From an uncultured delta proteobacterium (GTDB taxonomy: Bacteria > Desulfobacterota > Desulfobacteria > Desulfobacterales > B30-G6), in contig CAWGLD010000004.1 in NCBI GenBank assembly GCA_963823335.1, forward strand, positions 68,382 through 132,381: a DNA stretch of 64,000 bases, given 5' to 3'. A program made the position numbers and the translations under genes. Below are positions 17,647-27,004 of this stretch, piece after piece (within the stretch, counting starts at the first letter, position 1; each line of letters begins with the position of its first letter). The notes under the pieces are model-generated. The model ran no database searches, had not been told where the DNA came from, and saw only the letters and a program-made list of their open reading frames with translations.

Positions 17647-17918
17647 TGAGGTTTTGTGAGCAAATTGGTTACCGCATCGATAATCTGTTGGTTGAAAAAT
17701 GGTTTGGTGATGGTTTCATCCGCCCCTAACACCATTCCCTTGGCAATATCAACATCACGCCCTTTGGCTGTCAAGAAGATTATTTTGAATTGTAAAAAAA
17801 TCGATCTAGGCGGTTCGATGTCCATCTTTGCGATTGTCCGATAGCCTCTTGACCACTTGACCCCTCTAGTTATATTGTATCTTACAAAAAGTGATCGTAT
17901 GTATTTCACCATGACCAC
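17643..17918 (-). pseudogene. truncated response-regulator receiver (only the C-terminal ~45 aa are homologous)
   Basis: ..KIIFLTAKGRDVDIAKGMVLGADETITKPFFNQQIIDAV.. parallels residues ~80-127 of the 20335-20700 receiver; 17716-17786 vs 20399-20469 differ at ~5 of ~71 nt; phospho-acceptor Asp region absent; stop overlaps the exonuclease ATG (ATGA). Confidence 0.7.
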
Positions 17919-17953
17919 CGATCAGATGGGGATCCACCTGTAAAGGGAATAGT

Positions 17954-20284
17954 ATGAACACCGAAGCCTTTGAATACCTTTCCAAGATGCCGCATTTCTC
18001 TTTTCTCCCGGAGGAGGATATCCGGGCAGTTGCGGAAAAAGCAACTGTAAAGCACCATAGCAAGGGGACTGTTTTTGCCAGACAGGGCAAGAGTGTCGTG
18101 GACAGCATTTATGTTATCACCAGCGGTGTTCTCGAACTTCTGGATGAAAAAAAGGGAACACGCATGCATTCCGGTTTGATTGTGGCCGGTGAAGTGTTCG
18201 GCGGTATCAGTATCATGATGAACGGCGGCATTTCCCTGCGAACCGTCATCGTCGATGAGGACTGCAGCGGCTATGAGATTCCCGAAGAAACCTTCCAGGA
18301 CATATGCCGAAGGAACAAAGCCTTCTACGAGTATTTTCTTGAAAATTTCAGCAGCAACATCATCGACAAATCCATTACCTCACTGATCGAAACCGGTCAG
18401 TTGAGTCTTTTCCTGGCGGGTGTCGACCCATTCTCGTTTTTGCCTGAAGAGGAGCTGGTTGAGATCGCGGCCAGGCTTTCCGCAGTTCAGTACCCTAAGA
18501 ACAAGGTCCTCTTTATCCAGGGAAGAACCCGCATCGGGCATTTATACATTCTCCACAAAGGTTCGGCCGAGCGGTATTACGAGGAAGCCGGCAAAAAAAC
18601 CATGTTATCGGTTCTGGGAGAGGGCGACAGCTATGGCGGGATATCGATCCTCTTGAACGACGGTATTTCGGTGCGGACACTTCAGGTCAAGGACAATTCC
18701 TATTTCTATCTTCTCCCCAAAGATGTATTTCTGGATATATGTAAGCGCTATCCGGATTTTTCAGAATTTTATACGGACATTTTCGGCAAGCGTATGTTGG
18801 AAAAATCATATGCTGCCATCATTGCCAAAACCGCTCAGCCCGGCGTAGAGGGGCTCCAGTTTTTCAACCAGCCCATTTCCACCCTGTATACCAAAAAGCC
18901 CATATTCGGGCATGTTGATCTGTCCATCCGTGACGCGGCCAATCTGATGGTGGAATATAAGATCAGTTCCTTGTTCATCAAGGATGACGATGGCAAGTGC
19001 GTGGGCGTACTTACCGAAAAAGATCTGACCCGCAAGGTGATTGTGTTTGCCTGGGATGTGGACCGCCCGGTGTCCGAAATTATGACGTCTCCGGTGCACG
19101 CCATTTCGGGTCAGGCATTGATATTCGAAGCCCTGATGATGATGATGACGGAGGGGATTCGCCACCTGGCCATAGTGGGCAGCAATGAAGATATCGTGGG
19201 GATTATCTCCAACCGTGACATTCTGGCGGCGCATGGGCAGTCGCCCGTCTTCCTGCTGCGGGAACTGGCCAACGCCGACAGCATGGAGGAGATCATCGAC
19301 TGTCACAACAAACTGCCCCAACAGGTCCGGACCCTCATCAACGGCGGTGCCCAGGCCAAAAACCTGACCCGCTTCATCACCACCTTATCCGACACCATCC
19401 TGAAGAAATTGATCGAGTTTACGCTCAATGAGTTGGGCCCCCCGCCGGCAAAGTTCGTGTTCATGATTCTGGGAAGTGAGGGTCGCAACGAACAGACACT
19501 CAAGACCGATCAGGACAACGCCATTGTCTTTGAAGATGTGCCCGAGGGAGAACTGGAAAAGACCATGGCCTATTTTCTGACTTTTGGCGAAAAGGTCTGC
19601 GGCCTGCTGGATGACGCCGGGTATGCGTTTTGCAATGGCAATGTCATGGCCAAAAACCCCAAGTGGTGTCAGCCGTTGTCCCAGTGGAAATCCTATTTTT
19701 CCGGATGGATCCATGCCGCCGGGGCCAAAGACCTTCTCCAGGCCACCATATTTTTCGATTTTCGGTGTGGCTACGGAGACACCGGACTGATCAACAGTCT
19801 CAGAGAATTCCTTTTTGAAACCCTGGATGGCTGGTCAGGGTTTTTTACACCATTTTCGGAAAATGCCCTGCGCCTCAGGCCACCCATCGGCTTCTTCAGG
19901 AATTTCTTGGTGGCGACCAAGGGCAAGCACAAGGACACGTTTGATATCAAGAGCGCCATGACCCCCATCGTGGACTTTGCCCGGATCTACGCCCTGAAGA
20001 CCCGAATAGCCGAAACCAACACCCTCGAACGTCTGGAACAGCTGCGCATCAAACAGGTGTTGAAACAGCCGCAATACGAAGAACTTGAAAAAGCCTACAG
20101 TTTTCTGCTGCAGATCCGTTTCGTCCGTCAGGTCACGGCAATTATGGGTGAAAAATCCAAACCGGACAACCGCATCAACCCCAAAAAACTGACCCGCATC
20201 GAGCAGAAAATGCTCAAGGAGATCTTCACCCGCGTGGAGAAGTTCCAAACCCGGCTGGAGGTCGATTTTATCGGCCGGGCCTGA
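17954..20284 (+). CDS. signal-transduction protein: two cNMP-binding domains, CBS pair, DUF294 nucleotidyltransferase and DUF294_C
   Basis: Two CAP-type cNMP-binding folds, tandem CBS (..ISSLFIKDDDGKCVGVLTEKDL.., ..IRHLAIVGSNEDIVGIISNRDIL..), NTase motif GSEGRNEQTLKTDQDNAIVFED. Confidence 0.85.
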   Translation: MNTEAFEYLSKMPHFSFLPEEDIRAVAEKATVKHHSKGTVFARQGKSVVDSIYVITSGVLELLDEKKGTRMHSGLIVAGEVFGGISIMMNGGISLRTVIVDEDCSGYEIPEETFQDICRRNKAFYEYFLENFSSNIIDKSITSLIETGQLSLFLAGVDPFSFLPEEELVEIAARLSAVQYPKNKVLFIQGRTRIGHLYILHKGSAERYYEEAGKKTMLSVLGEGDSYGGISILLNDGISVRTLQVKDNSYFYLLPKDVFLDICKRYPDFSEFYTDIFGKRMLEKSYAAIIAKTAQPGVEGLQFFNQPISTLYTKKPIFGHVDLSIRDAANLMVEYKISSLFIKDDDGKCVGVLTEKDLTRKVIVFAWDVDRPVSEIMTSPVHAISGQALIFEALMMMMTEGIRHLAIVGSNEDIVGIISNRDILAAHGQSPVFLLRELANADSMEEIIDCHNKLPQQVRTLINGGAQAKNLTRFITTLSDTILKKLIEFTLNELGPPPAKFVFMILGSEGRNEQTLKTDQDNAIVFEDVPEGELEKTMAYFLTFGEKVCGLLDDAGYAFCNGNVMAKNPKWCQPLSQWKSYFSGWIHAAGAKDLLQATIFFDFRCGYGDTGLINSLREFLFETLDGWSGFFTPFSENALRLRPPIGFFRNFLVATKGKHKDTFDIKSAMTPIVDFARIYALKTRIAETNTLERLEQLRIKQVLKQPQYEELEKAYSFLLQIRFVRQVTAIMGEKSKPDNRINPKKLTRIEQKMLKEIFTRVEKFQTRLEVDFIGRA

Positions 20285-20334
20285 TACCTGCCATGAAAAC
20301 ACGCATTGAAGTTCTGAAAGTCGCCAAAGCTAGG

Positions 20335-20700
20335 CTATTTAAGAAGCCTTTGCACGCATTCCACGATCTGCTTGTTAAAAAAAGGTTTCGTGATGTATTC
20401 ATCCGCCCCCAAGACCATTCCCTTGGCAATATCAACTTCACGCCCTTTGGCTGTTAAGAAAATTATTTTAATGTGCTTCCACTCGGGTTCGAGTTTGACT
20501 ATCTCGCAAACTTCAAAGCCATCGATGCCCGGCAGCATGATATCCAGCAAAATCAGATCTGGACGTTCCTTGGATATGGCTTCCAAGGCTTCCTCCCCGC
20601 TTTGGGCCACAGCGGTTTCATAACCGTTCTTTTCCATCAAAAACTGCAGGGGCAAAACGATATTGGGCTCGTCATCGACGATGAGAATTTTCCGGGTCAT
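20335..20700 (-). CDS. single-domain CheY-like response regulator
   Basis: ILIVDDEP, DLILLDIMLPGIDG, IIFLTAKG, ITKPF; start set at ATG 20700 (MTRKILIVDD). Confidence 0.85.
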   Translation of the reverse strand: MTRKILIVDDEPNIVLPLQFLMEKNGYETAVAQSGEEALEAISKERPDLILLDIMLPGIDGFEVCEIVKLEPEWKHIKIIFLTAKGREVDIAKGMVLGADEYITKPFFNKQIVECVQRLLK

Positions 20701-20838
20701 TATAAAATCAAACACCACCGGCGTCTGCCGAAGAATTAAGGTTTGCTAAAATTTGCGGAATGGATGGGTTTTGTTGTATCCGCCGGCCCGGCGAATCAGG
20801 CCGGCGGATAATTGGTTAGGTGTTAAACGACCTTGTGG

Positions 20839-22593
20839 TTACCCTTTTATAGGCACCCGAATCTCCTCCACGAGAGCCTGAATGTGCTCGGGTGGTGCTT
20901 CGGTACTGCGGGCCACAACCCAGGCCACAGCAAAATTGATCAAAGCACCGACAAAACCGAAAGACTGGGGTCCGATACCAAGAAACCAGTGTTCCGCAGT
21001 GTCCGGCAGCATGGCTGTCGATTTTATGAAGAACCAGCCCTTAAAGACGAAAATATAGACCAGGGTGGTTCCCAGACCGGCCAACATGCCGGCAATGGCG
21101 CCTTTGTCATTCATTTTTTTGTTGAAGATGCCCATCATAATGGCCGGGAAGATGGAAGAGGCGGCCAGACCAAAAGCCAAGGCCACCACCTGGGCGGCAA
21201 AACCCGGCGGGTTCAAACCAAGATAACCGGCCACGAGAATGGCACCACCAATGGCAATCCGGCTGAAGAGCAGCTCTTTTTTATCATCGATGTCCGGCAT
21301 GAGCCAGCCTTTGAGCACGTCGTGGGAAACAGCCGTGGCAATGGCCAGCAGCAGACCGGCTGCCGTGGAAAGCGCCGCGGCAATACCACCGGCGGTTACC
21401 AGGGCGATTACCCAGAAGGGCAGATTGGCGATTTCCGGGTTGGCCAGAACCATGATGTCCCGGTCAACCTTGGTCATTTCATTGCCCTTCCAGCCGTAGC
21501 TTTCAGCTTCTTTCAGGCCTTTTTCATCATAGTACTGGATCCTGCCGTCATTGTTCTTGTCTTCAAACACCAAAAGACCGGTTTGTTCCCAGCTCGTAAA
21601 CCAGCTAGGTACCTTGGCGTATTCGATATTGCCCTCAGCACTTCCGACAGCACCAGTCTGAATGGTATGCATCAGGTTCATGCGGGCCATGGCGCCCACT
21701 GCCGGGGCGGTTGTGTAGAGAATGGCGATGAACACCAGCGCCCATCCTGCGGATGAACGCGCATCCTTGACCTTGGGCACCGTAAAGAAGCGCATGATAA
21801 CGTGCGGAAGGCCAGCCGTGCCGATCATCAACGACATGGTTAGACAGAAGATGTTGATCATGGAATCCTTCTGGGCCGTGTAGGCTGAAAAGCCTAACTC
21901 CACCAGAATCGTATCCAGTTTATCCAACAGGTAAACACCGCTGCCGTCAGCCAGGGTGGCACCTAATCCCAACTGGGGAATGGGAATATTGGTAAGGGTC
22001 AGGGAGATGAAGATGGCCGGTACGGTGTATGCAAAAATCAGCACACAGTACTGGGCTATCTGGGTGTTGGTAATCCCCTTCATGCCCCCGAACACCGCAT
22101 AGATGAAAACAATGGCCATGCCGATGGGGATCGCGATTTCAAAAGGGACGCCCAGGGCACGGGAAAAAACAACCCCGATGCCCCTCATCTGGCCGATAAC
22201 GTAGGTCACCGAGGCCACCACCAGGCAAAGCACCGCCACCATCCTGGCTGTTTTGGAATAAAATCGTTCACCGATAAATTCGGAGACGGTGAATTTTCCG
22301 AATTTTCGTAAATAAGGTGCCAGGAGCATGGCCAGCAGACAATAACCGCCGGTCCATCCCATGAGGTAAACACACGCATCATAGCCCATGAAGGAAATCA
22401 GACCTGCCATGGAAATAAACGATGCAGCCGACATCCAGTCCGCGCCGGTGGCCATCCCGTTGAGGACCGGATGAACCCCCTTGCTGGCAACATAAAAGTC
22501 ACTAGTGCTTTTGGCTTTCGACCGGATCGCAATATAAATGTACAGGGCAAAAGTGGCCCCAACAACCAATATTGTCCATGCTTTTAATCCCAT
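20839..22593 (-). CDS. actP: cation/acetate symporter (SSS family)
   Basis: 584-aa multi-TM SSS transporter with ActP-like sequence, preceded by its small subunit and by acs. Confidence 0.8.
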   Translation of the reverse strand: MGLKAWTILVVGATFALYIYIAIRSKAKSTSDFYVASKGVHPVLNGMATGADWMSAASFISMAGLISFMGYDACVYLMGWTGGYCLLAMLLAPYLRKFGKFTVSEFIGERFYSKTARMVAVLCLVVASVTYVIGQMRGIGVVFSRALGVPFEIAIPIGMAIVFIYAVFGGMKGITNTQIAQYCVLIFAYTVPAIFISLTLTNIPIPQLGLGATLADGSGVYLLDKLDTILVELGFSAYTAQKDSMINIFCLTMSLMIGTAGLPHVIMRFFTVPKVKDARSSAGWALVFIAILYTTAPAVGAMARMNLMHTIQTGAVGSAEGNIEYAKVPSWFTSWEQTGLLVFEDKNNDGRIQYYDEKGLKEAESYGWKGNEMTKVDRDIMVLANPEIANLPFWVIALVTAGGIAAALSTAAGLLLAIATAVSHDVLKGWLMPDIDDKKELLFSRIAIGGAILVAGYLGLNPPGFAAQVVALAFGLAASSIFPAIMMGIFNKKMNDKGAIAGMLAGLGTTLVYIFVFKGWFFIKSTAMLPDTAEHWFLGIGPQSFGFVGALINFAVAWVVARSTEAPPEHIQALVEEIRVPIKG

Positions 22594-22606
22594 AATTTAT
22601 CTCCTT

Positions 22607-22864
22607 TTATTCTTCTTCAACGCCAAATTCTTTGTCAAGTTTGCCCACCAGGCGGGCATAAATGAAGATTAATGCCACGAAGATATACATGGACCCTTGT
22701 TGTGCGAACCAGAACCCGAGTTTGTACCCTCCAATTTTTATGGCGTTAAGAGGATGGACAAGAATGATTCCAAACCCGAACGAAACCACGAACCAAACGA
22801 TTAGGCAGATGATTACCAGCCTTATATTTCTCCGCCAGTATTCCGCCCTTGTTAAGTCTGCCAT
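22607..22864 (-). CDS. small membrane subunit of solute:sodium symporter (DUF4212)
   Basis: 85 aa, two TM, ..GYKLGFWFAQQGSMYIFV.. motif typical of DUF4212 proteins encoded upstream of actP. Confidence 0.75.
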   Translation of the reverse strand: MADLTRAEYWRRNIRLVIICLIVWFVVSFGFGIILVHPLNAIKIGGYKLGFWFAQQGSMYIFVALIFIYARLVGKLDKEFGVEEE

Positions 22865-22993
22865 AGACCTTTCCTCCTTTTCAATGGGTTAATAAACAAC
22901 GTCCGTTAATAAAAATGGTGCTTGCTTTCTCCAGGTATTGCCTGCATCTTGCACGGTTATTATAAAAGATCCAGGGGTTACACGATTAAACGA

Positions 22994-25027
22994 TCATGAT
23001 TGAACCATCTTCTTGATGGATGCGACGATCTCAGGATTGGCGAGCGTGGAGACGTCGCCTTCATCTACTTTGTTGGAGATAGCACCCAAAACACGCCGCA
23101 TGATTTTTCCTGACCGTGTTTTGGGCATATCGGCAACAATCCAGACCTTTCTGGGTTTGGCGATCTTGCCAATCTCCGTGCTCACGGCATCGGATATTTT
23201 TTTGGCCATTTCTTCGCTGGCCTCATAGCCAGGCTTGAGAGCAATATAAAGATCCGGCTCCTTGCCTTTGATTTCATGATTCACCGGAACGACCGCCGCC
23301 TCAGCCACTTCTTCCACCGTCATTGCAGCCGATTCGATTTCCTTGGTGCCCAGACGGTGGCCGGACACATTGATCACATCGTCGATGCGACCGAGAATAC
23401 GGAAATAGCCGTCCTGCGACTCAACAGCGGCGTCTCCGGTCAGGTACGGCCAATCCTGCCAGCGCTTGCTTTCCGGGTCCTTGCAGTATCTGGCATAGTA
23501 GGTATCCACAAAACGGTCCCGGTCTCCCCAGATGGTCTGAAAACCGCCCGGCCAGGGATTCTGGATACAGATATTGCCGGCTTTTCCGGCGCCCTGGGGC
23601 AGCACTTCACCCTCGTCATCCAAAATAATAGGATGGATGCCCGGCATACCTGGCCCGGCACTTCCCGGTTTCATGGGCGTGATGCCCGGCAGCGTGCTGC
23701 ACAGAAAGCCACCCGTTTCGGTCTGCCACCAGGTATCAACGATGATGGCTTCTCCTTTACCGACCACTTCGTGATACCACTTCCATACTTCCGGCTCGAT
23801 AGGCTCTCCTACTGTGGTCATATGTTTGAAGTGATAGTTGTATTTGGCGGGCTCTTCCGGTCCTAATTTTCTCAAGGCCCGAATGGCCGTTGGTGCTGTG
23901 TGAAAGATATTCACATCCAGGTCCTGGGCGATTCGCCAGGCCCGACCGGCATCCGGAAACGTGGGAACGCCTTCATATACGACAGTCGAAGCGCAGATCG
24001 ATAGCGGACCATAAACGATGTAGGAATGTCCTGTAATCCAGCCGATATCGGCCATACACCAGTAAACATCTTCAGGATGAATATCCTGGACGTATTTACA
24101 TGTACCGGCAACGTAGGATAGGTAACCGCCTGTGCCGTGCTGACATCCCTTGGGTTTACCCGTGGTGCCGCTGGTATACATGAGAAATAGCGGTGCTTCC
24201 GCCGGCATGGGAACCGGGTCGACCCTGGCACCATAAAAATCATTTAAAAGATCGTTTACAAAGAAATCCCGCCCTTCCTTCATCGGTGTCGGAGCGGAAG
24301 CCTTGCCTGGATAACGTTGCCAGACCAGAACCTTGTCGACCTTCTGGCCGTCTTTCTCGGCCAGATCGCAGGCAATATCGGCATTCTGTTTGTGATCCAG
24401 CAGCGTACCACTTCTGTAATATGCATCGGCGGTAATCAATACCCTGCTGTTGGAGTCTACGATGCGATCGGCACAGGCCCGCCCGCTGAACCCACCGAAT
24501 ACCTGTGAATGGATAACACCCAAACGTGCACATGCCAGCATGGTGATGGGAAGTTCGGCAAGCATGGGCATGTGCAAGGTAACACGGTCTCCGGCTTTTA
24601 GCCCGGCAAAATCTCTTAGAAGGGCTGCAAATTCATTTACCCTGACATAAAGTTCCTGATAGGTTACGTGCTCATATTTCTCATCCATGGGTTCAGGGAC
24701 GAAGTGTATGGCTGTCTTGTTCTTGTTTTTTGCCAGGTGCCTGTCAACGCAGTTGTAACTTGCATTGATCTTGCCCCCCACAAACCATTTCCAGCATGGG
24801 GCATCACTGGTGTCCAATGTGGTATGCCAGTATTCATACCAGTCCAGCAGGTCGGCATACTCTTTGAAGCAATTGGGAAAATTGTCCAATGCAAAGCGAT
24901 CATAGACAGCAGGATCGCTCATGTTGGCCTGGGCCACAAACTGGTAAGAGGGATAATAATAATCCTCCTCACCCCAGTGAACCGCAATCTGCGCTTCTGA
25001 TGTTTCAACAACTTCTTTTTCCGCCAT
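22994..25027 (-). CDS. acs: acetyl-CoA synthetase (AMP-forming)
   Basis: YTSGTTGKPKG AMP-binding motif, WWQTETGG, C-terminal ..PKTRSGKIMRR..; 677 aa. Confidence 0.9.
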   Translation of the reverse strand: MAEKEVVETSEAQIAVHWGEEDYYYPSYQFVAQANMSDPAVYDRFALDNFPNCFKEYADLLDWYEYWHTTLDTSDAPCWKWFVGGKINASYNCVDRHLAKNKNKTAIHFVPEPMDEKYEHVTYQELYVRVNEFAALLRDFAGLKAGDRVTLHMPMLAELPITMLACARLGVIHSQVFGGFSGRACADRIVDSNSRVLITADAYYRSGTLLDHKQNADIACDLAEKDGQKVDKVLVWQRYPGKASAPTPMKEGRDFFVNDLLNDFYGARVDPVPMPAEAPLFLMYTSGTTGKPKGCQHGTGGYLSYVAGTCKYVQDIHPEDVYWCMADIGWITGHSYIVYGPLSICASTVVYEGVPTFPDAGRAWRIAQDLDVNIFHTAPTAIRALRKLGPEEPAKYNYHFKHMTTVGEPIEPEVWKWYHEVVGKGEAIIVDTWWQTETGGFLCSTLPGITPMKPGSAGPGMPGIHPIILDDEGEVLPQGAGKAGNICIQNPWPGGFQTIWGDRDRFVDTYYARYCKDPESKRWQDWPYLTGDAAVESQDGYFRILGRIDDVINVSGHRLGTKEIESAAMTVEEVAEAAVVPVNHEIKGKEPDLYIALKPGYEASEEMAKKISDAVSTEIGKIAKPRKVWIVADMPKTRSGKIMRRVLGAISNKVDEGDVSTLANPEIVASIKKMVQS

Positions 25028-25236
25028 TTATAGCCCTCCTTCATGGTAAGACCGCATAAAAATCCACAACCAGCATTTTTACGGGTGTTTATAGGTTTAA
25101 GACATCAGGTATTAGTTAGTTGAGCCATTTGAAATTGCCTTGTTTCAAAGCCGGAAACTCACCACTAAAACCAACTGATTTCGTGTTTCATTCGAAATCA
25201 AATTAAATGACGATCCCCTGTGCCAAATTTGTTTGG

Positions 25237-25887
25237 CTATCTTCCTGCTGTCTTGGGATGCTTCTTGATTCCGGCGCCAAATATTTCAAAGGCTGTCTCA
25301 AGGGTATCCCTGAGATAATCCTTGTCCTCGTTGATGATGCTTTTGCTTGTTTCCCAGAGAACGACCCCTGAAAACAGGGCCCAGAAAGTATCGGCAATTG
25401 CCATAGGGTGTTTATCTATGAAAATACCTGTCTGGACGCCTTCTTTGAACAGTTTGGCCATTTCCGAAAGTGATCGTTTTGATAAGTCCTTGATCTCTGA
25501 CAGTAGTTCAGGTGTCAAATTTTTTAAGGTGTCGCTGGATTGCAGATGAAACATGTTAATGAGGATCATCGGGTCAAACTCATACACATCAAACATGGCT
25601 TCTTTGAGACCCGATATCCGCGCTTCAATATCTGAATATGTGTCACTGTTGAGATGTTCCAGGCGTATCAACAGATAGTGTAGAATTCTGAGAGACAGTG
25701 ATGCGTACAGTTCGTCTTTGTTCTTGAAATAGAGATAGAGTGTTCCGGGGCTTAGCTCTGCTTCATGGGCGATATCTTCCATGGTGGCTCTGGTAAAGCC
25801 TTTTTCAGAGAATACACGTTTGGCAGCCACGATGATTTGTTGCCGCCTTCTCTCGCGTTCTCTTTCCTTGCGTTCATGTATTCCCAT
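25237..25887 (-). CDS. TetR/AcrR family transcriptional regulator
   Basis: N-terminal HTH ..FSEKGFTRATMEDIAHEAELSPGTLYLYFKNKDELY.. Confidence 0.85.
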   Translation of the reverse strand: MGIHERKERERERRRQQIIVAAKRVFSEKGFTRATMEDIAHEAELSPGTLYLYFKNKDELYASLSLRILHYLLIRLEHLNSDTYSDIEARISGLKEAMFDVYEFDPMILINMFHLQSSDTLKNLTPELLSEIKDLSKRSLSEMAKLFKEGVQTGIFIDKHPMAIADTFWALFSGVVLWETSKSIINEDKDYLRDTLETAFEIFGAGIKKHPKTAGR

Positions 25888-25964
25888 ATTTAATGAACCT
25901 TATTCATTTCTTTAAAAATCCTATAATCTTTATATATTATTTGTCAAGTAAAATATGTTCACTT

Positions 25965-26011
25965 ATAAAATCGTTACACGATTTCATCGTATGGTGAGGC
26001 GACGATGTCGC
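25965..26011 (-). repeat. bipartite boundary hairpin motif, copy f
   Basis: ATAAAATCG-ttaca-CGATTTCAT ... GCGAC-gat-GTCGC between the ParB-like stop (26027) and the TetR start (25887); the AT hairpin faces the TetR gene. Confidence 0.65.
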
Positions 26012-26026
26012 TATGGGGGTGACGGT

Positions 26027-27004
26027 TTATGTGTTCGTATTGAAGGGGGATTGGAAAATATTTTTGAGGTGTGGGTTGACAAGCGTTTGGTTGAGAATGT
26101 CAACCTGCTCTCTATAACCAGCCTCGTTTTTGAATGACATATTCAGTTTCAGGAACGATCCTTCGAAATATTCAGGGGGGGACAAGCTGATACTGCTGCC
26201 CAGATTAAGCATGCGAAGGCTACGTTGGAAAGTTTCTTCAGCAAGTGAAAGATTCGGGAAACGCCGCCTGCGTAAATTCGATCTCACGACCCTTGTTTTC
26301 TGCAGGTTGTCCAGGTCCTTGTCAGCCAAGACATCCGGGATACCTTCGGACAACAGTACCGCATGGGTACTGAGCTGCTCACGATGACAGATTTCTTTGA
26401 GGTGGGAGCAGATTTCCTTCTGCTTGTTCTGGTTCAACTTGAGTTGTACAAAAAACCTGGCCAACAAAATTCCCGTAGCTGTATCGAATTCCTGGAGTTC
26501 GGCGGCTATATTCAGAGATATTCTGTTCTGATAAACCCCTTCCTGAATCGGATGGGGAAGTCGACAGATCCCAAGGATTTTTTCGATATGATGAAGGTTT
26601 TCGGGCAACCCGAGATTTTTCGCCTCTGTAGACAAGCCTTCCCGGTCTTCCGTGTACGCTTCCAGCAATAACAGCGCCCGGGAAATCTCCAGGAGATCGA
26701 GTTTTCTCTGTGAAAGGTTGTCGGCAATGGCTATGCGGATGCATTCGAGGGGTAAACTTGCTGCAGGCATCACTTTGGCCGGAATTTGCCGATGATTCAG
26801 TTTCTGCATGGCCTCAATTCGACGAAAGCCTGCAACGATACGATATCGGTGGTCCTTATTTTGAACAAGGACAGGCGGGTTGATCAGACCCACGTGTCCT
26901 ATGGATTTGGCGATATTTTCCCCGGCTCCCGACGTGCTGATTCTGTAGGTTTCGTCTTCTAGGTCAATGACGGCCAAATCCAGAACCATCACCCTATAGG
27001 ACAT
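26027..27004 (-). CDS. ParB/sulfiredoxin-fold N-terminal domain protein (ParB-like nuclease domain)
   Basis: ..[27 protein letters not shown].. ParB-box; the rest is helical with no recognisable HTH; start overlaps the purC 3' end by 11 nt. Confidence 0.65.
   Translation of the reverse strand: MSYRVMVLDLAVIDLEDETYRISTSGAGENIAKSIGHVGLINPPVLVQNKDHRYRIVAGFRRIEAMQKLNHRQIPAKVMPAASLPLECIRIAIADNLSQRKLDLLEISRALLLLEAYTEDREGLSTEAKNLGLPENLHHIEKILGICRLPHPIQEGVYQNRISLNIAAELQEFDTATGILLARFFVQLKLNQNKQKEICSHLKEICHREQLSTHAVLLSEGIPDVLADKDLDNLQKTRVVRSNLRRRRFPNLSLAEETFQRSLRMLNLGSSISLSPPEYFEGSFLKLNMSFKNEAGYREQVDILNQTLVNPHLKNIFQSPFNTNT

Noticed and set aside
20833-21756. 307-aa plus-strand ORF
   Set aside because: It lies entirely antisense to the well-supported actP gene. 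Its composition is Gly/His/Arg/Gln-rich low complexity. It is a shadow ORF.
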